Assembly: GCA_945836135.1 (NCBI GenBank)
Contig: CAMAKT010000001.1
Location: 1-46,696 of the forward strand
Reading direction: 5' to 3'
DNA from: an uncultured Clostridia bacterium
GTDB taxonomy: Bacteria; Bacillota; Clostridia; Lachnospirales; Lachnospiraceae
Length of the DNA stretch: 46,696 bases
The notes beneath the pieces were generated by a model, which had not been told where the DNA came from, ran no database searches, and worked only from the letters and a program-made list of their open reading frames with translations. Below are positions 1 to 9,423 of the stretch, in pieces (position 1 is the stretch's first letter; each line of letters opens with the position of its first letter). The position numbers and the translations under genes are program-made.

Positions 1-694
1 TATCGTTATCACGACGATATACGTTAGCACGTGGGTTGTCCCATGAACGGAATACTGCTTCGATAGCAAGCTTTAACTGCTCAACAGGATCTGAAGGGAA
101 ATCTGTTCCTAACTGCTTCTTGTACTCAGCCTTGAACTGCTCAGCCAATGTCTTAAGGTCAGCTGCTGTAAGCTCTACGTCGTACTGAACACCCTTCTCT
201 TCCTTCATCTTATCGATAAGCTGCTCGAAATACTTCTTACCAACCTCCATAACCACGTCTGAGAACATCTGAATAAATCTTCTATATGAGTCATAAACGA
301 ATCTCTCGAACTTAGGGTCCGGATTACCAGCTATCATAGCTGCAACAACTTCGTCGTTAAGACCAAGGTTAAGGATTGTATCCATCATACCCGGCATAGA
401 TGCTCTTGCACCGGAACGAACGGAAACAAGTAAAGGATTCTTAAGGTCACCGAACTTCTTGCCATTCTCCTTCTCCATCCAAGCTACACCTTCCATAGCC
501 TGAGCCATAATCTCGTCATTAATCTTACGGCCGTCCTCATAATACTGTGTACAAGCCTCTGTTGTTATAGTGAAACCCTGTGGTACAGGAAGACCGATTT
601 CAGTCATCTCTGCAAGGTTCGCACCCTTACCACCAAGAAGGTTTCTCATGGTCATGTTACCTTCCTTGAAGGTATATACCCATTTGTTTGCCAT
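1..694 (-). CDS. ppdK: Pyruvate, phosphate dikinase, N-terminal part (3' end lies beyond the window start)
   Basis: Not in the ORF track because it runs off the edge. Reverse-strand translation from ATG 694-692 reads MANKWVYTFKEGNMTMRNLLGGKGANLAEMTEIGLPVPQGFTITTEAC...LVSVRSGARASMPGMMDTILNLGLND...FRSWDNPRANVYRRDNDI, the conserved PPDK nucleotide-binding N-terminus. AGGAGG lies at 701-706 (rc). Confidence 0.9.
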   Translation of the reverse strand, partial: MANKWVYTFKEGNMTMRNLLGGKGANLAEMTEIGLPVPQGFTITTEACTQYYEDGRKINDEIMAQAMEGVAWMEKENGKKFGDLKNPLLVSVRSGARASMPGMMDTILNLGLNDEVVAAMIAGNPDPKFERFVYDSYRRFIQMFSDVVMEVGKKYFEQLIDKMKEEKGVQYDVELTAADLKTLAEQFKAEYKKQLGTDFPSDPVEQLKLAIEAVFRSWDNPRANVYRRDND

Positions 695-774
695 ACTGTT
701 CCTCCTAAATTCTTATAAAATATTGGATATGTTGCAGTCTTGCGACTCAACGCTGTAATAAGTATAACATACTT

Positions 775-790
775 TGTGAAAATTTCCACA
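775..790. promoter_or_regulatory. Crp/Fnr-type palindrome TGTGA-N6-CCACA in the ppdK promoter region
   Basis: TGTGAAAATTTCCACA has one mismatch to TGTGA-N6-TCACA. It lies just upstream of an extended -10 TGTTATACT (rc of 761-769) for ppdK. Confidence 0.25.
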
Positions 791-908
791 AAATGTTATC
801 AAAATAATTCACAAAATTTTAAAAAAAACGTGTAAGCACTTTCATCTATCGGGTTATTTTATAATATTACGGGAAATAGCCCTGAAAACTTTGATATTTT
901 TCTAACAA

Positions 909-2633
909 TCATTTTTTATTCGGATTGGAGTACCCTGCAAGGCTTACATATCCAAGACTTTCACGACTGCCGCCATTTTTGGCTATTTTCCACAATACGC
1001 TGCTTGAGTCCACATAGTAAAAGTATTTTTTTGAATTGATAGCCGCTGTCGGTGCCTCCGTTTTTATATTGCTGGTTCCCAGTTCAAACTGCTTATTGTT
1101 ATACAGGCATATTAGTTTTCCATCCTTAAGGTATGTGCAGCCATCATCACCATACAGCCTGCCGCAGTAGGAGACGCCTTCTTCAACGATATCAAATGAA
1201 CCTGCTGCCCGGTACAACTTATTGTCCTTCCCTACAACCCACATACAGCTTCCGGAGCGGGATACGACAATATCACCCTGAATGCCCTCAAGCACCGGAA
1301 CGCCCTGTTTCTGCCCTTTTCCCACAAAATACAAACTGTTCATATTTCTGTAATAGAGAAATTCATCACCGCCATAATATATTTCACAGTTTCCCGGTAC
1401 ATTTTGCGCCGCCAACCGGCTCTCACCGTTTTCATAGACCCACAGACCTTCCTCAGTTATGTACAGCATGTCCTCGCCCAGCATATCCTGTGCTATTGTG
1501 ATGACACCCTCATTTACCAATATATGCACATTCTTAGGAATTATTCCATCGAACTTGTCAAAATAAGCATCGGATATACTGCATATATACAGGCTGCCCT
1601 CCGATATGAATGCCGTATTTTCTCCGCTGATATTGTATTCTGCCTCGCTCACATCATCGCACACCAGCAGTTTTTCACTCATATCGGCAGCATACAACGC
1701 CATATTAATCACCGTGGAATATTCCGTGGTATCCATTTCATAAAAAAGCACCTTGCCACTGTCATTTAACGCAATAAGCTTCGTTCTCCTGTCCGTGGGA
1801 TACACAGCAGATTTTCCGTCACGCATATCATGAAGTACTATGCTGTAAAGCTCCTCCGCCTCGTCATACATAATATAGGCAAGGTATCTTCCCGACTGTG
1901 AAAACATATGCTCATCAGTTACATTTCCATAATTCCCTTCTATAATATGTTCATTTCCGTCATACCAGCCAAGCAGCCCATCCTCTCCCTGCAAAAAGAA
2001 GGCGTTGAGACTGTCATTATATGTAAGCAGATTGTAACCGCCCGTCTCCCTGTCCACGCTAAAAAGCAGCCCGTCATTTACAGATACCAGTTCATGACCG
2101 TCAAAATATATGACATCGCTTCTGTCTATACCCTTATAGATATGTATTCCGACAAAAACAGCAGTCACCGCCACGATAATCAGTACCACGGCAGCCACCG
2201 CTGTTATTACTCTTCTCTTTCGAAGCTTAATCGCATTCTCCCTGCGCTTATCCTTAAGCTCCTCGGCATTTCTTTCCTTCTCTTTTTTCGCTTTACTTTC
2301 CTTAGTTGAAGCAGACACATTACGTATTTTCTTTGAGAGACTGAGCGCAAGCTGTTCAATATGTTCCTTGAAGCTTTTCTGCTCCTTTAATTTGTCATTT
2401 GCCTCATCCCTGTCCGAATTTCCTTTAACAGTTTGGCTTTTACTGTTCAAGATTCTGGTGCTTCCCCCACCGCTCTCGCCCTTTTTCTTATAGCGGAGAT
2501 TATTTTTCTGCTGCTCCTCCCACTGCTTTCGGCGCAACAGATAGTCTTCATTTACAATAACAACCGGTGCGCCGCACTTCGGGCAGGTTGTCCTTGAATT
2601 GTGCTCACAGCCGCATTTATCACATTTATACAT
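909..2633 (-). CDS. Membrane protein with N-terminal zinc ribbon, one TM helix and a large beta-rich extracytoplasmic domain (function unknown)
   Basis: The ORF-track start at 2645 is GTG. ATG 2633 (MYKCDKCG...) follows AGGGGTGA by 8 nt. CDKCGCEHNSRTTCPKCG forms a CxxC...CxxC ribbon, followed by a K/E-rich linker and the TM helix VITAVAAVVLIIVAVTAVFVGI. Repetitive aromatic/Gly strands follow, suggesting a propeller-like domain. Confidence 0.6.
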   Translation of the reverse strand: MYKCDKCGCEHNSRTTCPKCGAPVVIVNEDYLLRRKQWEEQQKNNLRYKKKGESGGGSTRILNSKSQTVKGNSDRDEANDKLKEQKSFKEHIEQLALSLSKKIRNVSASTKESKAKKEKERNAEELKDKRRENAIKLRKRRVITAVAAVVLIIVAVTAVFVGIHIYKGIDRSDVIYFDGHELVSVNDGLLFSVDRETGGYNLLTYNDSLNAFFLQGEDGLLGWYDGNEHIIEGNYGNVTDEHMFSQSGRYLAYIMYDEAEELYSIVLHDMRDGKSAVYPTDRRTKLIALNDSGKVLFYEMDTTEYSTVINMALYAADMSEKLLVCDDVSEAEYNISGENTAFISEGSLYICSISDAYFDKFDGIIPKNVHILVNEGVITIAQDMLGEDMLYITEEGLWVYENGESRLAAQNVPGNCEIYYGGDEFLYYRNMNSLYFVGKGQKQGVPVLEGIQGDIVVSRSGSCMWVVGKDNKLYRAAGSFDIVEEGVSYCGRLYGDDGCTYLKDGKLICLYNNKQFELGTSNIKTEAPTAAINSKKYFYYVDSSSVLWKIAKNGGSRESLGYVSLAGYSNPNKK

Positions 2634-2695
2634 ATATGATTTCACCCCTGATGCTTTATCTCAGAGTATTGTAGCATAAAATATATAGATATGGC

Positions 2696-2729
2696 AATGC
2701 CCGCTCCATTGCGAGTGTGAGCGGGCATT
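2696..2729 (-). terminator. Hairpin downstream of the UPF0340 gene, overlapping the -35 of the next promoter
   Basis: AATGCCCGCTC...GAGCGGGCATT forms an 11-bp stem with a weak U tail. It is immediately followed on the minus strand by TTGCCA-N18-(TGC)TACAAT, the promoter of the 909-2633 gene. Confidence 0.4.
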
Positions 2730-2834
2730 GAACCTTGAAGAGAACGGTATTTACAAAATACCATTTAATATTTTACCATAATATTTGACATTCGCAACTG
2801 ACAGAGTAGGCAAAAAGAACATTTTTTTACTTAT

Positions 2835-3419
2835 TTAATCAGTTCTATGGTCCACGCCAAGTCTGTCATCATAGACTGCTCTGCAACCACCGATGAACTT
2901 TGGTCTGGTTCTTGCCGCCACAAGAGGAGCAGCACCTATTCTGTCTACCGACAGACGAACCGGAACCGCCACCGCCTTAAGATGCATGCCAATCAGCGTA
3001 TTGCCTATGTCCATTCCTGCATGGGCACGAATCTCCTCTAACACCACAGGATGTCTGAAGTTCTGATATGCAGCAGTGGCAAAGGAGCCGCCCGCCTTCT
3101 TCTGCGGTACAACATTGACTATATCTGCCTGGGGTACAGCCTCGCGTTCAATAACAATGGCACGGTTAAGATGCTCACAGCACTGTGCCGCAAGGTATAC
3201 TCCATGCTCGTCAAGGGCCTGCTTAATGCCTGAATACAGCTCATAGGCAACGTCCACATCCGAGTTAGTGCCAATCCTGCAACCCACCACCTCACTTGTG
3301 GAGCAGCCGATTACCATAATCTGACCCGGTTCAAGAGCGGCACACTCACACAGCTCCTTAGCGGCATTGTATGCCTGCTGTCTTATGTTGTCAGCAATAT
3401 TGTTATTCTTAATCTCCAT
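2835..3419 (-). CDS. TIGR01440 / UPF0340 family protein (YwlG-like)
   Basis: MEIKNNNIADNIRQQAYNAAKELCECAALEPGQIMVIGCSTSEVVGCRIGT...AAQCCEHLNRAIVIERE matches the YwlG-type pattern (GCSTSEV, CEHLNRA). I chose ATG 3419, which lies 5 nt after GGAGG, over the track start at 3446. Confidence 0.75.
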   Translation of the reverse strand: MEIKNNNIADNIRQQAYNAAKELCECAALEPGQIMVIGCSTSEVVGCRIGTNSDVDVAYELYSGIKQALDEHGVYLAAQCCEHLNRAIVIEREAVPQADIVNVVPQKKAGGSFATAAYQNFRHPVVLEEIRAHAGMDIGNTLIGMHLKAVAVPVRLSVDRIGAAPLVAARTRPKFIGGCRAVYDDRLGVDHRTD

Positions 3420-3533
3420 TCGACCCTCCATCTCTACATACCACATATATTTTCCATAATTAAAAAATCCCGCATTCCCCAGACAACAGTCAATTTGACT
3501 GCTGTCTGAGAAACAGGGAGCTTTGTAAAAATA

Positions 3534-4922
3534 TTAAAACTCAAACTTCTTCTCAAAATATGCCTTAAGGTCAGCGATTGCAACTCTCTCCTGCTCCATG
3601 GAATCACGGTCACGGACTGTCACGCAGTTGTCTGTCTCGGAATCAAAATCGTATGTGATGCAGAAAGGAGTACCAATCTCATCCTGTCTTCTGTAACGCT
3701 TACCGATATTACCTCTGTCATCAAATTCACAATTGTAAATCTTGGACAGCTCTGTGTAAATCTTCTCAGCGCCTTCGTTAAGCTTCTTAGAAAGAGGAAG
3801 CACGCCAATCTTGACAGGTGCAATTGCCGGATGGAAATGAAGAACTGTTCTCACATCTCCCTCGCCGATTTCCTCCTCATCGTATGCAGCACAGAGGAAT
3901 GCCAGTGTCACACGGTCAGCGCCCAGTGACGGCTCAATGACATAAGGGATATACTTTTCCTTAGACTCATCATCAAAGTAGGACATATCCTCACCGGATA
4001 CGGTCTGATGCTGTGTAAGGTCGTAGTCTGTTCTGTCTGCAATGCCCCAGAGCTCGCCCCATCCGAACGGGAATAAGAACTCAATGTCCGTTGTTCCCTT
4101 AGAATAGAAGCACAGTTCCTCCGGTGAATGGTCACGAAGACGTATCTCATCCTCCTTTATACCAAGGGAAAGGAGCCAGTCGCGGCAGAAGCCTCTCCAG
4201 TACTGGAACCACTCAAGGTCTGTTCCCGGCTTACAGAAGAACTCAAGTTCCATCTGCTCGAACTCTCTGGTACGGAAGGTAAAGTTACCCGGTGTAATCT
4301 CATTACGGAAGGACTTACCAATCTGACCGATACCGAAAGGAACCTTCTTTCTTGAGGTTCTCTGTACATTCTTAAAGTTTACAAATATACCCTGTGCAGT
4401 CTCAGGTCTTAAGTATACTGTGTTCTTCGCATCCTCGGTAACGCCCTGGAAGGTTTTGAACATCAGGTTAAACTGTCTGATATCTGTAAAATTATGCTTT
4501 CCGCAGGATGGACATGGAATATTCTTCTCATCCACAAAGTTCTTCATCTGCTCCTGGCTCCATGCGTCCACGGAGCCCTCAAGCTCATAGTTGTTCTCTG
4601 CGCACCAGTCCTCTATCAGCTTGTCCGCTCTGAAACGCTCATGGCACTCCTTACAATCCATAAGAGGGTCTGCAAAACCGCCAAGATGACCTGAAGCAAC
4701 CCAGGTCTGAGGGTTCATAAGTATGGCACAGTCAACGCCTACATTGTATGGGCTTTCCTGGACAAACTTCTTCCACCATGCCTTCTTCACATTATTCTTA
4801 AGCTCAACACCAAGGTTGCCGTAATCCCATGTATTAGCCAGACCACCGTAGATTTCGGAGCCCGGATATACAAAGCCTCTCGCCTTGGCAAGTGCTACTA
4901 TCTTTTCCATCGTCTTTTCCAT
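3534..4922 (-). CDS. glyQS: Glycine--tRNA ligase (class II, homodimeric GlyQS type)
   Basis: [44 protein letters not shown]... is the canonical GlyQS N-terminus. The track start 4934 is GTG inside the SD (GTGAGGAAG), so ATG 4922 is preferred. Confidence 0.95.
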   Translation of the reverse strand: MEKTMEKIVALAKARGFVYPGSEIYGGLANTWDYGNLGVELKNNVKKAWWKKFVQESPYNVGVDCAILMNPQTWVASGHLGGFADPLMDCKECHERFRADKLIEDWCAENNYELEGSVDAWSQEQMKNFVDEKNIPCPSCGKHNFTDIRQFNLMFKTFQGVTEDAKNTVYLRPETAQGIFVNFKNVQRTSRKKVPFGIGQIGKSFRNEITPGNFTFRTREFEQMELEFFCKPGTDLEWFQYWRGFCRDWLLSLGIKEDEIRLRDHSPEELCFYSKGTTDIEFLFPFGWGELWGIADRTDYDLTQHQTVSGEDMSYFDDESKEKYIPYVIEPSLGADRVTLAFLCAAYDEEEIGEGDVRTVLHFHPAIAPVKIGVLPLSKKLNEGAEKIYTELSKIYNCEFDDRGNIGKRYRRQDEIGTPFCITYDFDSETDNCVTVRDRDSMEQERVAIADLKAYFEKKFEF

Positions 4923-5016
4923 AATCTTCCTCACATTCCGCTGTAAGCTACAGCATATTAATCCGTTATGTGGAAGATTTTACAACAGAATGCTTGAAAT
5001 TGCAATGAAAAACAAG

Positions 5017-5047
5017 TAAAAAATCCCGCCACTATTCGTGACGGGAT
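5017..5047 (-). terminator. Intrinsic terminator of the REC-HD-GYP gene
   Basis: On the minus strand ATCCCGTCAC-GAATA-GTGGCGGGAT is followed by TTTTTT. The stem overlaps the stop codon. Confidence 0.75.
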
Positions 5048-6108
5048 AACATTTTGCTTTTTTCAATAAGGCATTGTTTCATTTCACTACTGAACTTGAC
5101 AAATTTGTCAACCAGCATCGGGTCGAACTGAGTTCCTCTTCCCTCAACAATGATTGCCATTGACTTTTCGTGTGAAAACGGTTTCTTATATGGTCTTTCA
5201 GATGTAAGAGCATCGTACACATCAACAATACTCATTATCCTGGCACAAAGAGGAATCTCCGCTCCTATTTTACCGCTTGGATATCCTTTCCCGTCCCATC
5301 TCTCGTGATGGTAAAGTGCCATTTCCTCTGCTATTGCCAGGAAATCACTCTCCGGGAAGTTTTTAAGAATCTTATGGAAAGTCTTTCCGCCCATAATAGC
5401 ATGCTTTTCCATATATTCTCTCTCTCCACCATCCAAAGAGCCTTTCTTTCTGAGAACCACATCATCAATGCCAATCTTGCCAATATCATGTAAAGGAGCT
5501 GCTTGAACAGATTTCTTAATAAAATCATTAGTAAGCTCATTCCTATACTCAGGCTCAAACTTAAGAAGATTGATAAAGGCTTCATAATATATTCCTGTGT
5601 TCTTCACATGCCCACCGGTGATTCCGTCTCTCGACTCAACCAGCTCGGCAAAGCCTGTGGACAATGCATTCTGCATCTTCTCAACTTCCGTTACCTTCTG
5701 GTCGACAAGAGCCTCCAACGAATGCTGGTATGCAGATAACTCTATCTGCGTCTCTATCCTTCTCCTCATTACTGTGGGAATAAAGGGCTTGGTAATGAAA
5801 TCCACAGCTCCCAAATCAAAGCCCTTTACCTCACTTTCAGAGCTGTTATCAGCAGTAAGGAAAATAACCGGAATATTCTTATATCTTCTGATTTTTTTGA
5901 GCTCGGTGAGCATCTCATATCCATCCATACCGGGCATAATAATATCAAGAAGAATGAGATCAGGTATGACATTATCCAGTATCTTAAAACCTTCCTCGGC
6001 GGATGTAGCTTCATAGAGAGTATATTTATCCTTCAATACATCCCTGGCAGATGCAAGATTCAGTACAACATCATCAATCATTAATATAGATTTCTTATTG
6101 GCCGCCAT
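5032..6108 (-). CDS. Response regulator with REC and HD-GYP (c-di-GMP phosphodiesterase-type) domains
   Basis: REC motifs are present (DD at 12-13, LLDIIMPGMDG, ITKPF). The HD-GYP motifs HDIGKIGI and HHERWDGKGYP are present. No cognate kinase gene is adjacent. Confidence 0.9.
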   Translation of the reverse strand: MAANKKSILMIDDVVLNLASARDVLKDKYTLYEATSAEEGFKILDNVIPDLILLDIIMPGMDGYEMLTELKKIRRYKNIPVIFLTADNSSESEVKGFDLGAVDFITKPFIPTVMRRRIETQIELSAYQHSLEALVDQKVTEVEKMQNALSTGFAELVESRDGITGGHVKNTGIYYEAFINLLKFEPEYRNELTNDFIKKSVQAAPLHDIGKIGIDDVVLRKKGSLDGGEREYMEKHAIMGGKTFHKILKNFPESDFLAIAEEMALYHHERWDGKGYPSGKIGAEIPLCARIMSIVDVYDALTSERPYKKPFSHEKSMAIIVEGRGTQFDPMLVDKFVKFSSEMKQCLIEKSKMLSRHE

Positions 6109-6260
6109 GCACTCCTCCGCAATAGTTCATCATGTGTTTTCCAACATATACCTATAAATATAATAGCACAAACTCTCGCATCATTCCACACAAATTTGAA
6201 ACTTAGTATGTTTTTTTCAAACCGGTAACACTAATTTCATCATTAAGCAGGAGGTATACC

Positions 6261-6472
6261 ATGGATTCCAATAATTATGAAAAAAAGTCTCACCCGCCTC
6301 GCAGCTTCCTCTCGGCCTCGCAATGGGCATGGCAATGAATGAAAATGCAATGAAAAACTACGTCGGTCTGTCCGATACCCGGAAAGAAAAGGTAATCGCA
6401 GACAGCCGTAACGTCACCAGCAAGGCAGAGATGGAACGTCTGGTGGAAAGACTTGGGGAAGGTCTGTATTAA
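6261..6472 (+). pseudogene. Small ORF (about 70 codons) split by a frameshift at an A7 tract; may be an indel, a pseudogene or a -1 slippage site
   Basis: AGGAGG (6249-6254) is followed by ATG 6261, and frame 0 stops after 25 codons (6336). The -1 frame from 6287 reads VSPASQLPLGLAMGMAMNENAMKNYVGLSDTRKEKVIADSRNVTSKAEMERLVERLGEGLY*, which looks protein-like. It has no SD-preceded start of its own (first ATG at 6323). Confidence 0.4.
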
Positions 6473-7428
6473 ACAAGCAGATATACCAGATATGCCGCAA
6501 AGGCAGCTAACATCACTACTCCGTGTAGTCTTACCAGCCTATGTTTTTTCACCACACATACAAGCAGCAGTAATGCCGCAAGAACCGCAATCACTCCATC
6601 CACCAGAAATGCTCTCGCATAAGTCACAGGCGTAATAAGTGCTGTTGTACCTATAATAAACAGAATATTGAATATATTGCTTCCGACGATGTTTCCAATG
6701 GCGATATCCGCGTTGCCCTTTCTTGCGGCAACCACGGATGTACATAACTCAGGAAGAGAGGTTCCGAAGGCAACAATCGTAAGAGCAATGACACGGTCAC
6801 TGATTCCCACAGCGGAAGCAATATATGTGGCCGCATCTACGGATATATTGGCTCCTATTACTACCAGTGCAAGACCTCCGGCAGTGAATAAGAGTAATTT
6901 CCACAGCTTAGCTTTTATTGCAGTCATTCTATCTTCTTCCTCTCCGGTCTCCTGATGTGTCTTTCTGCTCTTCATGGCTGAACGAAACAGATAACCCAGA
7001 TACATAATGAAAAGCATCCAAAGCATAATGCCCTCCCACCAGCATACCGTACCTCCTGTGGCTCCCATAATCATCAGGACCACCGTTATGGCAATCATAT
7101 ACGGAATCTCATATCTGACTGTGGATGCCGCCACGGGAATTGAAGCAATTAGTGCCGTCACGCCCAGAATAATAAGGATATTCAATATATTGCTTCCGAC
7201 GATGTTTCCCACCGCCACATCACCATTGCCCTGCAATGCGGCTGTAATGCTCACTGCTGCCTCCGGCGCGCTGGTTCCCATAGCTACAATAGTAAGACCG
7301 ATTACAAGCTGCGGAATGTGAAACCTTGCCGCAATCCCCGCTGCTCCCTCAACAAAAAAATCCGCTCCCTTGATTAACAGTGCAAATCCAAGCACCAGCA
7401 GTACCATCTGCAAAATAAATTCCGGCAT
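6469..7428 (-). CDS. CaCA-family cation/Ca2+ (Na+/Ca2+-type, YrbG-like) antiporter
   Basis: It has about 10 TM segments. Two alpha-repeat signatures are present: GTSAPEAAVS...GNIVGSNILNILIILG and GTSLPELCTS...GNIVGSNIFNILFIIG. GAGGAGG precedes the ATG. Confidence 0.88.
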   Translation of the reverse strand: MPEFILQMVLLVLGFALLIKGADFFVEGAAGIAARFHIPQLVIGLTIVAMGTSAPEAAVSITAALQGNGDVAVGNIVGSNILNILIILGVTALIASIPVAASTVRYEIPYMIAITVVLMIMGATGGTVCWWEGIMLWMLFIMYLGYLFRSAMKSRKTHQETGEEEDRMTAIKAKLWKLLLFTAGGLALVVIGANISVDAATYIASAVGISDRVIALTIVAFGTSLPELCTSVVAARKGNADIAIGNIVGSNIFNILFIIGTTALITPVTYARAFLVDGVIAVLAALLLLVCVVKKHRLVRLHGVVMLAAFAAYLVYLLV

Positions 7429-7473
7429 AGTATAATCCTCCTCTATAATATGATTTTTATAGCAGGATTTCCT

Positions 7474-7604
7474 GAAAAAAGAAACAGCGAAACCCTTGCC
7501 TGTTATAGCAAAAGTCTCGCTGTTTCATTGTGAACCGGACTGAATGTCAGTCGTACTGACGATATCACACACATCCGAAGATGCCAGCTACTCCCTTATA
7601 TCTA
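7474..7604 (-). promoter_or_regulatory. Probable yybP-ykoY (Mn2+) riboswitch with terminator expression platform, in the leader of the CaCA antiporter gene
   Basis: The minus strand reads AAGGGAGUAGCUGGC...AUCGUCAGU...CUGACAUUC...ACAGCGAGACUUUU. This gives four blocks in the same order as the conserved GGGGAGUAGC / GUCGUCAAU / UUGACAUAC / AGCAAGACC of known Mn2+ riboswitches. The last block is also the 5' arm of the terminator AAACAGCGAGAC...GGUUUCGCUGUUU plus CUUUUUU (7475-7525). Confidence 0.6.
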
Positions 7605-7680
7605 TATGTGACCGCTATGCTACTATCACAATATAGTATATGCTTATTTAAGAGAAAAATAACATATTAATCTCATGCAG

Positions 7681-8430
7681 TCAAGAAAAATCTTCTACTG
7701 CCGCCAACATATCCAGTGACTTCATTTTTCTGTCCACATAAGCATCCATACAGCGGTGCATGACTGCAGACAATTCCGATAACACTTCATCCTTGACCGT
7801 GAAAGAAAAAAGTCTGTCCGATTTTGTTGTAACCACATACTGCAGAGTATATAGCGTGGCGGGTGAGATTGGCATAACTCCCTTCTGGTTTTTGCACTGC
7901 TCGCATACCACTCCGTTGGACAGAATGGAAAAGCCCGTAAGGTTCTGGGTCTGTCCGCAGTTGGTACAGCAGAAGAATTCCGGGTACTGTCCGTTTATTA
8001 CAAGCTGCTTAAGCTCATATACATAACGTACCAGCTTATTGGGTATGCGCTTATCAAGAAGAGCACGGAGGCTGTAATACAGAAGGCTTAACATCTCTCC
8101 TTCGTTTTCATTTTCTCTGGCATAATAATCCGCAAGTTCGAGAAAATAGTAGCCGTAATATGCTCCTTGCAAATCCGTAGCCAGTTCACGAAAATAATTG
8201 TTTATAGATGCCTTTTCAATGGTATAAGAGCTTCTTCCGGGATATATCACAAAGATGCCGAAGGCAAAGCTTTCACAGGCTGCCATTAACGGACTTCCCG
8301 GCTTTCTTGCACCTCTGGCAAAGGCACTGATTTTTCCCAGTTCCTTGGTGAGCAGAACAACCCTCTTATCATATTCTCCTATTGGTCCGGAGGCTATCAC
8401 CAGCCCCGTAACCTCAATCACCTCTGCCAT
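7681..8430 (-). CDS. recO: DNA repair protein RecO
   Basis: MAEVIEVTGLVIASGPIGEYDKRVVLLTKELGKISAFARGARKPGSPL... is an OB-fold N-terminus, and there is a C-terminal Cys cluster CCTNCG...CEQC. ATG 8430 follows GGAGA by 7 nt; the track start is 8442. Confidence 0.88.
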   Translation of the reverse strand: MAEVIEVTGLVIASGPIGEYDKRVVLLTKELGKISAFARGARKPGSPLMAACESFAFGIFVIYPGRSSYTIEKASINNYFRELATDLQGAYYGYYFLELADYYARENENEGEMLSLLYYSLRALLDKRIPNKLVRYVYELKQLVINGQYPEFFCCTNCGQTQNLTGFSILSNGVVCEQCKNQKGVMPISPATLYTLQYVVTTKSDRLFSFTVKDEVLSELSAVMHRCMDAYVDRKMKSLDMLAAVEDFS

Positions 8431-8478
8431 ATTAATCTCCATTCCGTAGATGCTTCAATGTCAGAGACATCCCCAGGG

Positions 8479-9390
8479 CTATTTTTTAAGCTCCCTGCCG
8501 TCATAGCCGTAGTTCTTCATAAGAAGGTCATTGTCGCGCCATTCCTTTTTAACCTTCACCCAGAGCTTCAAATTGACCTGCATCTCCATCATACGCTCAA
8601 TCTCAAAGCGAGCGGCGGAGCCTATTTTCTTCAACATCTCTCCGCCCTTTCCGATAATAATTCCCTTGTGTGACTCTCTCTCACAGATAATCGTCGCATC
8701 AATGTCAATTATATTGCTCCCGTCAAGCCTTTCCTTCATGCGTTCTATGGTAACCGCAATTCCGTGAGGTATCTCATCACTTAAGCAGCGCAGTGCCTTC
8801 TCCCTGATGAGTTCTGCTGCAATCTGCTTCATAGGCTGGTCCGTCACCGTGTCCTCATCATAGTACATCGGTCCGTAAGGAAGATACTTAAAAATCGCAT
8901 CAATCAAATCCTCCGTATTCTGGCCCTTAAGCGCCGAAACCGGAATAATCTCCTCAAAGTGCAGGATATCCTTATATGCTCCAATAAATTCCAGTATTTC
9001 TTCCTTCTTAATGGTATCAACCTTATTGATAACCAGAATTACCGGCTTTTTGCAGTTCTTAAGAGCTGCCGCAATCTGCTGCTCGCCTGCACCGATATAG
9101 GTTGTAGGTTCCACAAGCCACAACACCACATCCACATCATTCATGGTCTGCTTAGCGGCATTCACCATATACTCGCCCAGCTTGTTTTTTGCCTTGTGTA
9201 TACCCGGAGTATCAAGGAAAATAATCTGCCCCCTCTCCTCGGTATACACGGTCTGTATTCTGTTACGGGTTGTCTGCGGCTTGTTGGATGTAATCGCAAT
9301 CTTCTGTCCTATAAGACGATTCATCAGAGTGGATTTACCCACATTCGGACGGCCAATCAGTGCCACAAAGCCGGTCTTCAATTCTGCCAT
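8479..9390 (-). CDS. era: GTPase Era
   Basis: The G1 motif GRPNVGKST, DTPG and NKVD are present, with a C-terminal KH domain. Era-recO synteny is typical of Firmicutes. Confidence 0.95.
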   Translation of the reverse strand: MAELKTGFVALIGRPNVGKSTLMNRLIGQKIAITSNKPQTTRNRIQTVYTEERGQIIFLDTPGIHKAKNKLGEYMVNAAKQTMNDVDVVLWLVEPTTYIGAGEQQIAAALKNCKKPVILVINKVDTIKKEEILEFIGAYKDILHFEEIIPVSALKGQNTEDLIDAIFKYLPYGPMYYDEDTVTDQPMKQIAAELIREKALRCLSDEIPHGIAVTIERMKERLDGSNIIDIDATIICERESHKGIIIGKGGEMLKKIGSAARFEIERMMEMQVNLKLWVKVKKEWRDNDLLMKNYGYDGRELKK

Positions 9391-9423
9391 ACATTCCTCT
9401 TTTCTATACTGTACCGGATTTTA

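Noticed and set aside
4923-5031. I expected a glycine T-box leader upstream of glyQS.
   Set aside because: Only about 100 nt are available, and most of it is the terminator of the upstream REC-HD-GYP gene. No specifier-loop or T-box consensus sequence is visible.
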